A stretch of DNA of 64,000 nucleotides from Antedon mediterranea (taxonomy: Eukaryota; Animalia; Echinodermata): the NCBI RefSeq assembly GCF_964355755.1, contig NC_092672.1, positions 5,084,001 through 5,148,000 of the forward strand, written 5' to 3'. The position numbers and the translations under genes are program-made. The notes beneath the pieces are model-generated. The model searched no databases. It saw nothing but the letters and a program-made list of their open reading frames with translations, and had not been told where the DNA came from. This document shows positions 26,701-38,400 of this stretch, piece after piece. Position 1 is the stretch's first letter; every line of letters begins with the position of its first letter.

Positions 26701-29040
26701 AAAGATATCTGTATGTCTGTATCAGTTAGCTTAGTTTCTATACAATTTGTACATCCAGCCTCATGAGGGCAGGAGTCCATTCTCTGTTACAATTTTTTCC
26801 ATTGCAAAAATCATGGAATCCTCATTCTTGCGCTATATATTTTTTGGGTTAGGTAACACAATAATACAAATGATAACATACTTGCCCAGTACTGTAGATA
26901 ATGTATATTTCTTTTTCATTTCCTCAGGCATATTTAAAGTTTCTTGCGTTGAATTCATGAAGACATACGCTAGTGAAAAGAAAATAAGTGATAACATTTT
27001 ATTATAAAGATAGTAAATGTTGATATAAAATTTGGATATTTTTAAGGAATATATTTTTGGAAGGTCCTCGAGATTACTACACATAACCAGAATGCTATTG
27101 GAAATAATACATCCACATGGACTGAGGCTGATATCCTGTTTTACACACCATCAAAGAATAACACTCTGATAATGAAACGATACTTACCTTTGTTCTTGGG
27201 CATTGAGAGAGCAATAACATCATCATTTTTTAGCACACGCTTGTTGAATTTTCCTATAAATAAAACAAATTTATTATTATACAAAAACATTACGATTTTA
27301 TAAATATATCATATGATATTTGATGATGATAAATATATATAAACAACTAACTTATAATTCGTTGTAAATTTAACGCAGATCATGAAAGCGAAAGTGCTCG
27401 ATACAAAATGTAGAGCCAAATAGAAATAAACGATAAAGACGCTAGTAAATTACCAACTGAACATTTTATTGCACTACAGGCTGCTTCATGAGTATTAACT
27501 CAATCTTTAAGTGCTTGGCTCTGAATGATAGTCACAAGTGAATACAAAAAGCTATAATGAAGTTGTAAGGCAAAACTGTTTATGTGAACAATAGTATGCT
27601 AATTAGCAAGTACAACACATCTCTATTTCCTGGACAGTCTATTGTTAACCGAATTCCTATCTAAATTACTGATACCTCAATGATAAATTGATAAACAACT
27701 GATAAATTTATTATTAAACTTCAAGGGACAATTGCGCATTTTGTACTTATTGCTACAACCAATCACAATTCAGTATTGTTGGCTGTTAGTAATCAACTAT
27801 CTAAATAAAGCTCTGTCTACACTAGTTTGACAAAAAAAATGTGATGTGCCCAAATATGGTCGTGACATCATCATGTCCATAAATGGGCACAACACATTTT
27901 TTTTTGTCACATAAAGTTTGATAGTGTAGACAAAGCTTTATTTTATACCTACCAATCTTTTGTCCATTAAGAAATGTTCCATTAGAGCTTTTGTCTTCTA
28001 TGAAAATGGCATTCGATTCATCCTTCGCAAGAAAAACAAAACACAAAAAGCAACAGTTTTTTTAAAACACTTAAAAACAGTATCTTCAAAGATTGACCAT
28101 CCTAATATCCTATTCATTAAATTAAATAGATTGGCAATTTACAAAATTTTCTCCAGCCCCACTTTAGATAATTAATTCCTCAATCCATCATATACTGTAG
28201 TACACTATATACTTTGAGCACAAACTTTTTTTCAATAAATTGCATTATTGTATATTATTTAAGAATTCATCTTATCTTACCTTTGTGATTTGAAAATGAA
28301 TCTTTGAGATCGTTGGAAAGAAGTCTAGTTTTCGACACCCTCTGGTATCGAGACAAACTTCACACAATTTATCTCGACCAAAAGAGTATGATGTGCCTGA
28401 CAAATCTTTAACGAAAAAGGAATTAAAATTATATACAGTGTAAATGTAATACCAAAAATGTTATCCCCCTCTTTGGTGCGCAAAAGTAATCTCGAAAAGA
28501 TGCCCATCTCAAAATCAAGACAACTGGGCTTCTTTTCAAAATAGTATGGGCTTCTTTTTGAGATATACTATTCGAATATCAAGGTGCTTCAATGCCAGAT
28601 AACTTGTAATGCAGATATTTGTGATCAAGTTTATAATACAAAAAAAGCCAATCTTGAAAAGAAGCCCACCTAAGAGTACTAAAAGAAAAATCCCATGGGC
28701 TTCTTTTCAAGATTTTACGGTATATAAACTTATCATAATAACTTCTCAATTATCGCACTGTAACTTTAGATTTTTACTAGATAACATATCATTGTACTAG
28801 AAGAAACAGTACCAAAATTACTGCACACTGTTGAGATGAATGTAATGACAACTTACTGACTGCGCTGAAGGCAGCTTTATACGGAAATAAGCGCCCCCAA
28901 GTTATCGGTTCAGGTTCTTCTTCAGCATCACCATCAATGCAGTCTGTAACATCTTGCGTCGGTACGGTTTCCGCACTTGATATTACTGCCCCCGCTGATG
29001 CCGAGTTATAACTACTGGATGTGTTGGGGTCACTACTCAT
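23710..29040 (-). CDS. CHEK2: Serine/threonine-protein kinase Chk2; exons 29040-28857, 28405-28281, 28022-27953, 27253-27188, 26969-26882, 26316-26202, 26075-26022, 25557-25142, 24696-24581, 24234-24071, 23811-23710
   Basis: AETVPTQDV (Thr68-equivalent), FHA domain (SFGRDKLC..., [20 protein letters not shown]), kinase motifs [58 protein letters not shown]. All splice phases are consistent; the terminal exon is the least certain. Confidence 0.95.
25652..25833. mobile_element. PIF/Harbinger-like MITE with TTA target duplication, inserted into another short repeat
   Basis: Terminal inverted repeats agggtctttcacacccgttccggcac / gtgccggaacaggtgtgaaaggccct, flanked by tta on both sides. Confidence 0.8.
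26513..26649. mobile_element. ~140-bp palindromic MITE family (TIR AAGCTCTGTCTACACTATCAAAC); further copies ~27808-27938, 30993-31064 (partial), 41581-41714, 54931-55052, 55223-55380, 58260-58360 (partial)
   Basis: Recurrent aagctctgtctacactatcaaac...gtgacaaaaaaaatgtg..gtgcccatatatggacatgatgat...catatttgggcacatcac...gtgtagacagagctt with TA/TAA flanks. Confidence 0.85.
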
Positions 29041-29499
29041 AATGTAATTATTGACCAATTTACAGACAATTCTAGAAACTAAAAAACATTTGTAGCATTT
29101 TTTTAACATGATGAATATTTTTGTCGACAAAAGAAACGTTAAAAAATACTAAATTGCTGTAGTAGTGTGTTTGTGGAAGGTAAATAAATATATTTGTTTT
29201 TAATTATTTAAAAACATTACCCACTTATAACCATTTATTTATTGTAGGCCAGGCATGTGTATAACCGCATTCTCGTATAGCCAACTCATGCATAGCCTAC
29301 ATGCAGCACTATGATATGACCTCTTCACACCGTACCACCACCCCACCTCTTTCCTGGGGGAATCCTTTCCTGGGTGGGTTGGCTTACTCGATAGTTTGGC
29401 TTACTCGATAGTTTTAGGCCTACTTTGTAGTGGTTGTATTCAAGCAAAACCGGATTATGAAGATTTAAAAAAATACCTAAATATACTTTATAATTAATA

Positions 29500-29957
29500 A
29501 ATGCACTTACTACCTTTCTAATATTTCAATTTACTCACTTTTATTATCCGAAAGTTTAATAAACAATCGACTGAGAGAGACACACACAGGTACTCACTCA
29601 CAAAATTCAGCAGTGCAGAGGCGCGTGTAGAAATGTCACGTCGGGGTCATGTTATGACTGTTCTATTGTTTCAGAGGTAAACGATTGATTTTTTTACAAT
29701 TTAAATGTATTCCCAATTTATTAGGTACTAATACAACTATACTTGTGTGTATTAAAATATGGTATTTTATATATTTACATCAAACACTATTTTGGTATTT
29801 ATTGACATGTATATAATAATAAAATAATTCATATTTTGGTTTCCCTAGAAAATGTTGGTGCCTTCCATTCTTAGTTAGGAAATGACAACACAATGCCATA
29901 CACCACCGCACAAAAACATAAACAATAAACTGACGCTGATCAATCTAAAACACCGAC
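29500..29957. promoter_or_regulatory. Probable bidirectional promoter between CHEK2 and CRCP
   Basis: Divergent genes. Minus-strand donor-like sites (acttac ~29505, actcac ~29533 and ~29592) suggest a non-coding CHEK2 first exon, and the CRCP ATG is at 29958. CpG-containing motifs gaggcgcgtg and gtcacgtcgg lie at 29618-29645. Confidence 0.55.
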
Positions 29958-32900
29958 ATGGAGATGTAAGTTTGTGTAAAAATAAAGAAAGGTCTACTAT
30001 ACTAGTCATAGTTTTACTACTAGGGCCCTCTTTATATATAGTACCGATGTCGGTCCAGGTAGTGGCAGGCTAAGCCTAGCTAGCCTGCCTACCTTAGTTA
30101 GGCCGGCCTACGCCTAGGTGGCTAGTAGTATTTCCTAACTAAACCTAACCTAGCTTCTAAAACGTACGGGCCGGGTGCTACTCTGTAGTCTTAGCCAGCC
30201 TAGGCCTAGTATAGAGTAGATTTCTAGCCAGCAGCAGCTAGCCTAGGTAGAATTAGCGCAATTTGAAATGTTTGCTTGATTTATAAATTGCTTTTAATCT
30301 ATTTTATTTTTAAATCTTTTTTTCTATTTTAATAATTTTTAAATTATAATACACTGCCCAATTAAATATAAGATAATTAATCCCCAAGAAATAACACATT
30401 TTTTAAACAAATGTGTAAAATAAAAATATCGTTCAGTATCACTGCTTCAACAATCACTTTATAACCGAGAAAAACTTTTATTCATTTTTAGAGTTGATGA
30501 AAATTCTGCAATGCTTAGCAATTATGAGGTAGGTATAATACATTTAATTTACCTAAATATTTTAAATTGTGTTATTAAATTATTGATATTCATCAACACA
30601 TTTATATTATTATTGATAACTGCTTCACAGGTCTTAACTCTTTTAAAAGAGCTTCAGTCGCAAGGTGATGGTAAAAGAAAGGGCAACAAAATGCACCAGA
30701 ACCTGGCAACAGTATCATACGAGGTATAATTCTGACCCATTTAAAATATTTGTTTTAATAAAGACTTATTTTGTGGCTGGCTGTCAAATGAACGATTTTT
30801 TATTTATTTTTTGTAGACCATCAAGTATTTAGAGAAAACGCCTTGTAATGATCAAACTCCTGAAATTATCAAAAACTTTTTACTGGCTGTGGGACCATAT
30901 AAGTTAACAAAGTAAGCTAATTGATTGCAGTATATTATTTTTAAAAAATAAATACTTATGTAAAAGCAACATTGTAAATGAAACATACCCATACATTATC
31001 AAACTGGTTTGACAAAAAAAGTGTGATGTACCCAAATATAGTGATATAAATTAAATGGGCACATGTTATTAGGTTATATGCAAGATATGCATATAACCTC
31101 TTGATTCTGTCAAAATCTTTATTTATTTATTTATTTATTTATTTATTCTTTCCTTAGCACTATTTTGTCCGTGCATTATCTTGGCATCAGTTTAATCTAG
31201 CTAAGTCATGTTTTCAGAGTATATTCCTCATGGCCAGGAATCGATGTGGTTATATTTTCACGATGCGTAATCAAAAATTACGCGGTCTACGCGCGATTTT
31301 ACGAAATCACGTTTGTAATCATATCTTCACAAGCATGAATCACAATTAAACAAAATTTGGTACTCATAAATTTCAGGTCATATTTCATCATATGGTAATA
31401 AAATTACGTGCGTAGCGCATATAACGCTTGCGTACGTGCGCTTAAAATGTTCAAAATTGTCAAAATTTATTTTCGATGAAATTAGAGTACGTTTCAGGCA
31501 ATTTTAAGCGTTTAAAAAAATTCCATGAGTGCGCAGATTTTTGCACGCGCACTGCGCGTTAAACGTTAATGCGCACTCTTTTTGCCCGATTTCTGTTTTA
31601 CAATCTTTCTTTAATAATATCATCATATTTGATTCAGGTTTCAACTCGAAATTGCGTTATACGAGCACGTCAAAAGTGACTGGCTACGCACGTATAAGTT
31701 AACAAAATGGTGAAAATATGCTAAATTTTAAAATTAATATATATCGTCAGAATGCAGGGGAACACCTATTTTTTATTTCATTTTCTTGAAGTGTATGTAT
31801 CATATGTATGATTTATTATCAAATAAAGAGAAAAAAAGTTGATTAAGTCATCATTAATTGCATATTAAATTTAAAAAAAATAATTTCGACAATCAAACAA
31901 ATTATGACATTTTCTTAGGCCAAAATAACAAACTTAACATTAACTTTCTTCCTTCAAAAATTCATATATTAAAGTTAAAAGTATGTAGTTTGACAGTGCA
32001 TCATTTGTATACATTTTAAAGATGTCATCATAGTAAAAAATTATAATTCATTTCGGTATGTAATAATCTATTTGCATCAAAGTGGTTACTGCATAGTAAA
32101 TACACGGAGGAATTTTTCTACAACTTTTAGTCAGTTGTGTACGGCTCGGTGGTCTGTGCTCGTGTCTATGGCATTCAAGGTACCGAGATCGAGTCTCACC
32201 TTGGGAAACGAAATAAGATTTTTTTTTTATTATCCGTATTGTTTGTTCAAATTTATTTCTTAGTGTATAGATTATACACATGATTTATAATGAAATCTAG
32301 ATAAAAATTAACTGATGTCTTTATTATTATGTAACAACAAATGTGGTTTATGACATTATACGCATATGGATCTTTGATCGGATTGTGATACCGGCTATGG
32401 TGTTCGCGTTAGCAAGGTCCTATCATATATTATAAATAATTAAAGATTCTGAGAAAATCAATCAATCAATATATCTTTTAAAAATCAATTATCTTTATTT
32501 AAATCAATGCATATAACCTATAATTCGTCATAGTGACGAATTAAATCTAGTTGTTATTGTTAACACCGTATTTAAATGAGGGTGATCCATCCAGCTATTG
32601 CTGATCATTAGGGACCCTCAGAGGTTCACAAGACAAACATCTACACAAGATGCTCTACATAAACAAAGTCTTATTACAAGTCTTTGGGAGTGAAGTAATT
32701 TGGTCCTTAGAAAAAATCCTGACATGTGATGGGATTTGAACCCTGGACCCTTGGAGTGGTAGCCAAGCATCATAACCACCAAGCCACAACTCCACTCCAG
32801 CGTAGACATAGCTTTAGAAGATATAAATCAGAGGCAATATTTTAAACATTTCTTACTATTTTAGAGCAGAAAAATTGCAGTTACTGAATCAAAGGCCAAC

Positions 32901-34961
32901 GTCAGCTGTCGAAATACAATTGGTAAGCCTGCCTTTTGTTACAAAATCTCTACATCCTCCTGCCACCCCATGAACCCACTCCTGATGCCCTACCACTACC
33001 CTCCGACACGGTTCTAGGACATCTACCCCCTAGACAGTTACCCCCCGGATGTTTACCACCCGGACAACTACCCCCTTAGGATAACTACCCCCCGGACAAC
33101 TACCCCCCGGACAACTACCCCCTTAGGACAACTACCCCCTTAGGACAACAACCCCCCGGACAACTACCCCCCAGACAACCACCCCCTTAGGACAACTACC
33201 CCCTTAGGACAACTACCCCCCGGTCAACTACCCCCCCGGTCAACTATCCCCCGGTCAACTACCCCCCGGCCAACTACCCCCCGGTCAACTACCCCCCGGT
33301 TTTTAACGGGTGTTTCGAAACTAGAGACCCGAGACCTGACACGAGACCCAATACGAAAAGGGAGACCTATATTTGGGTCTCCCTTTTCGTATATTAGGGT
33401 CTCCCTTTTCGTATAGTGTGGTCTCCCTTTTCTTATAGTGGGTCTCCCTTTTCGTATATTTGGGTCTCCCATTTCGTATATTTGGGTCTCCTTTTTCGTA
33501 TATTTGGTCTCCCTTTTCGTATATTTAGGTCTCCCTTTTCGTATAGTGGAGTCTCCCTTTTCGTATAGTGGGGTCTCCCTTTTCGTATATTTAGGTCTCC
33601 CTTTTCGTATTGGGTCTCGGGTCTCTGGTCTCTGGTCTCGGGTCTCTAGTTTCGAAACACCCGTTTTTAACCGATTATTCTGTTTAACAGCACGCTAGAC
33701 CCTAGATGTGCTAGATTTAAAGTACCGTATTTATTGAAAAAAACGGCCTGGGCTGTTTATTGTTTAGGTGGTTTTTAGGTGGACATTTATTGGAAGAAAG
33801 TTGTTTATTCAATGGGAGGGGGTATAATCTAATGAAAATAGACGCCGATTATTCCATAAGATGTGTCATGGGAGTTACATGGTCACCGTTTATTTGAGGG
33901 GAATTTATTTAAAGATCGCCGTTTATTCGGTGAGTGAACATTGAGGTCAAATATCAAAAGTGATATTATTCTTCAAGTGTACAAAAATACAAAATGACAA
34001 ATTTGAGACAAAAATTAATTCTTTTAAGACCAGTGGTTATCGAAGCATTGTCCTGACGCAAAAATTATTATTATTATTAGCGAACCCAGTTTTTACAGTA
34101 AATACAGGGAGTACTATATAATACGTTCGACTATCCTATGATCATGTGTGACAATCTTCAGTTTATACCAGGCTATATTTATGTTCAATCTTTTACTTTT
34201 GTTTACAATAATGAATAGTAATTCGTCAAAGTAACGAATTAAAATATAGTTATTAATTCCTATTATACGCTGTTGCAGAGTTGAATGGTCTGGGTGGTAG
34301 TTGTCCGTACGGGGTGTAGTTGTTCTAAAGGGATAGTTTTCTGGGTGGTAGTTGTCCAGGGGTTAGTTGTCCTACAAGATTAGTTGCCCTCGGAGTATTT
34401 TCCAGGAAGTAGTTGTCATACGGGGAGTATTGTGTCAGAGGTAGTTGTCCGGGGGGTAATTGTCCGGGGGTAATTGTTCCTAGGGGGTAATTGTTCCTAG
34501 GGGGTAATTGTTCCTAGGGGGTAATTGTTCCTAGGGGGTAATTGTTCCTAGGGGGTTGTTGTCCTAAGGGGGTTGTTGTCCTAAGGGGGTTGTTGTCCGG
34601 GGGGTATTTGTCCTAAAGGGGTAGTTGTCCGGGGGGTAGTTGTCCTAAAGGGGTAGTTGTCCTAAGGGGGTAGTGGTCCAGGTGGTAGTTTTCCGGGTGG
34701 TAAATGTCCAGGGGGTGAATATCCGGATACGCTCCGACACACCACCACCAATGCAACCACCTTACCCAATACATTAACACCACCCTGATGCGCTACCACC
34801 TTTTAATCGCCCACCCACTCTTACGTTTCATTTCACAGATGATTGAAGAAAGTGAAGAGAGATTAAGTGAAGATCAGATAGAAGAACTCCTACAATTGAT
34901 AAGCACTCATTTAATAGGAGAACAAACGGAGGAAATGGAAGTAGAGCAAGACGCAGAATGA
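29958..34961 (+). CDS. CRCP: RNA polymerase III subunit RPC9 / CGRP receptor component; exons 29958-29965, 30492-30528, 30631-30723, 30817-30911, 32865-32922, 34839-34961
   Basis: Spliced translation MEIVDENSAMLSNYEVLTLL...QNLATVSYETIKYLEKTPC...[41 protein letters not shown] matches RPC9/CRCP. Confidence 0.95.
31068..32550 (+). mobile_element. Non-autonomous Helentron/DINE-1-like element (HINE), ~1.5 kb, in CRCP intron 4
   Basis: 5' sub-TIR taggttatatgca (31070-31082) with an adjacent inverted copy (31088-31099), a (ttta)n microsatellite, a 3' sub-TIR tgcatataaccta (32508-32520), a terminal hairpin taattcgtca-tag-tgacgaatta, then CTAG and T-rich flanks. Confidence 0.75.
32562..32797 (-). mobile_element. 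tRNA-derived SINE, family B (second copy 57264-57480)
   Basis: The - strand reads ggagttgtggcttggtggttatgatgcttggcta...gggttcaaatccc (A/B boxes). The body and tail (gggtccctaatgatcagcaat.gctggatggatcaccct) are nearly identical in the second copy. Confidence 0.85.
33010..34731. mobile_element. Mutator/foldback-type DNA transposon with long subrepeat TIRs and a 9-bp TSD (ctccgacac)
   Basis: The left arm is an array of ggacaactacccc(c) (33010-33299) and the right arm is its reverse complement ggggtagttgtcc (34280-34731). ctccgacac occurs at 33001-33009 and 34732-34740. Confidence 0.85.
33308..33662. mobile_element. MITE nested in the foldback element, 9-bp TSD gtttttaac, internal ~22-bp tandem repeat
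   Basis: TIRs gggtgtttcgaaactagagacccgagacc / ggtctcgggtctctagtttcgaaacaccc. gtttttaac occurs at 33299-33307 and 33663-33671; internal array (gggtctcccttttcgtatatt)n. Confidence 0.88.
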
Positions 34962-35494
34962 GTGAGAGTGCAATTTACAGTGCACATGCGGATACATGTT
35001 TTAGCTGACTTGGCGTTGCCTAGAGGGAGGGAAAGCAGGACTGTTTCTGACTTTGCTAATTTCGAAAACCAAACATATGTGAATGATGATGAACAAAAAC
35101 ATTTATTTATTATGACCATTTTTTATTATACATTTGTAGCACTCAGCACAATCAGGTTTATCTAACACAATTATTTGGTAAAATTCTTTAAGAAATATGT
35201 CTTTATTTTGATTATTGTATTAATGTTAAATGTCTAATTACACCAATTGTGTAGATAAAATACTATTTTATAAATAATAAAATCCATTTAAAATAAATTG
35301 AAACCACTGCAGATGTCAAAGGTTATGATTTTAACTTATTCCAACACTTCACAATTCTATTATTATTGATTACTACATGTAATATAAACACACATTTTAA
35401 AGTGGTTTTACACTTCATAAATCTCCAAATTTTCCTGAGATGGTCTATTACAGTCTTTCAGACACTCCTTCTATGAAATCACTGGTAAAACTGG

Positions 35495-38400
35495 TTATTT
35501 ACCTAATAAATAAAAAAAGAAAATATTTATTATTAATATAATTAAATATGGAAGGATCTTATCTGAAAAATTACGAAATCAGCCCAGGTCAGGAGACTAT
35601 CCAGCATAAAGGAATTTAAACGCCAATAATGTGGATTGCATACACTTCTGATGTATTTTAAAAATTAACACAAGAAAATGATAAAACTGTGCTTGTTAGA
35701 CACAGTTACACTTTGCCAGTCGTAAAGTAACATAAAATATTAAGTTGTTCGTCGTCCGAACAACTGTGTGAAAAGAATGCAATTGTTCCTAGGCCCTAGG
35801 TTGTCAGAAATTGTAAGCTCAAGGAGTTATACCTGATCAAATGTTCTTACCAAAAGAAAATTTGCATTGTCGTAGAGCCTCATTAAATCCGTCGCATAAC
35901 GCTAGGTCATGTTGGGTCTCTGCACAGTGTAGAAACTGTTGGAGTTCATAGCTACATGGTTGCTGGTTCTGTTGTTGCATTGGCTGCTGTTGATATTGAG
36001 GTGGTTGTTGTTCTTGGTAGGTCACATCAGGTTGAGACTGTCCTCCACTCCCTCCAACCATGGCATGACCAACAGCATGACCCTGAAAAAGAATTGTAAT
36101 AGTTATAAAAAAAGTTGACAAAACAGGATAAAGTGATCAGTGCACCAAACCTAATGAAAATGTTTACTGCTCTCAAATTTACTCACAACTGCAGATCCTA
36201 TTGCTACACCACCAGCCGTAGCAGCCATCTGACCAAGAAGTCCAGGTCCACGGGACTGGGCAGGTGCTCCTACCATTGATGGTTGCTGCTGGACTGGTAC
36301 AGGTGATCTTTGCTGACGTGCTGGTGGACTGGCAACAGTCCTTGGTGGAGCTGAAAGCCTATGAATTATTATATAAATGCAACAGTTTATTTAAACGATC
36401 AATATAAAAATGTATATTAAATCAGAAAATACTTTTTTTTAAATAAAATTTATGGAGTCTGTTTATCCTTCTTGTCTTTCTAGGCCCTAGGCTCATTGTT
36501 TTTGTAAAATATGGAACAACTTTTATTGATCCTCAAAAAGGAAATTCATTGCTCAATATAAACAAATATAGCATAAAACCATTCATATAAAAACATCAAA
36601 AAATACAAGATAAAATTATCTTCTTGACTTTCTGTTGTACTGGATGATACCGGAGGGAATAAAAGATTTGGCATATCGATTTGCCTAGATAGCTAGGTAG
36701 GCCTACAAACAATTTAGGCTATATATAATTTATTAAATTATGGTATTGGTACTCCTATTTTCATAATTGAAATTCAATAATTAATTTTAGTTATAAAATT
36801 AATTGTTTATTTCATTTCATTTCATTTCATTTCATAGTAACATTTATTTCCTTCATAATATACAAAATAAATAATATAATACAAAATTCATGACGAGAAG
36901 AAAGATAGTTAAAACAATACAATTTTTTTTTTCTCATCTTTAACATGAATAAAACAATATTATGAAGGAGGCACAATTTCTAAAAAGCAAAAGCTTGTGT
37001 TGAAAGTGCCTGAACAAAACAAAAAGTAACTAAAATCAAATTAGTAAATAATAGTAAATGGTATATAGGAATAAAGTAATTACCATAACGGAATATGAAA
37101 ACAATAAAAAACTGATACCTAGAATATAACTAGTTAATTAATTTACTTTTGTATTAGATATTGTTTAGTGTTAAAGACGAAGCTATGTTTGTTTGCAGAA
37201 GTTGTAATTTTGTTAGGAAGTGAGTTCCATATCTTGGGTCCAGTAAATCTAATATTATGTTGAAAAGAAGTCTTTTTGTGTTTAGGAATATGAAGGTTAT
37301 TGAGGATTCTTGTGGAATAGCCGTGAAATTCATAATTGGGAGAAAACATATCGCGTAAATGAGATGGAAGAAGAGCATTTTGGCTTTTGTAAATAAATAA
37401 ACATTGTTGGAAAATATTAATATCTGTTAATTTTAATAATTTGAGAGAACGAAATAAAGGATCTGTACTAGTTCTAGGTGAAACATTCGAAATTATTCAA
37501 ATGATTTTCTTTTGTAGTATTTGAAGTTTATTTAAATTAGATGGGAATGTGTTACACCAAACGATATTGCAATATAAAAGATATGGCAAAACAAGGGAGC
37601 AGTAGAGTGTTCGGAGAATATGATGTGGAAGAAAAGATGCCAGTCTACAAATTATACCAATATTTTTTGAGATTTTGTTTTCTGTCTCAATAACATGGGG
37701 TTTCCATGTCAGACGACTATCAATGGATACACCCAGAAATTTTGCATGATTGACCATGGGGAGAACAGAACCATTTAGTTTAATTTGCAATGGACCTAAT
37801 TTAATCGGCATCGTACTACTTCTAAACAAAACATAGCTGCACTTTTTTAGATTTACAGAAAGGCTGTTTGCCAGAAACCATTCGGATACATTAATTAAAC
37901 TTGTATTTACAGTGTTAAATAACGACTCTAAGTGTCGATTTTTACAGATTAGTGTTGTGTCATCTGCATATAAAAAGTAAGATAAAGATACTGACGAATT
38001 GTAAATATCATTCACATATAAAAGAAACAGAAGAGGACCTAGTAATGAACCTTGTGGTACTCCACAGGTAATAGGCAAATAGTCAGATTGGGAATCACAA
38101 AACTTGGTACATTGGTAGCGGTTGGATAAATAGCTCTTAAATAAATTGAGAGGAACACCGCGAATACCATAGTGATACAGTTTTGAAAGAAGAATGGGAT
38201 GGTTAATGGTATCGAATGCTTTCGATAGATCGACAAAAACACCAATTGCAAACTCATCATTTTCAAATGCATCTATTATTTCATTGGACAAATCAATTAA
38301 GGCCATTGCGGTATCAAAATGTTTGCGAAATCCAAATTGCTTATTGAATAGAATATTATTTTTTTCCATAAAGGCATAGGTTCTATTATAGATAATTCTT

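Noticed and set aside
32690-32797. tRNA genes (also 11064, 24810, 56930, 57420, 59710)
   Set aside because: The cloverleafs are imperfect. Four continue into shared SINE bodies and the other two (24810, 59710) are too degraded; these are SINE heads or relics.
33224-33698. ORFs of 82 and 86 aa
   Set aside because: Translations of MITE internal tandem repeats.
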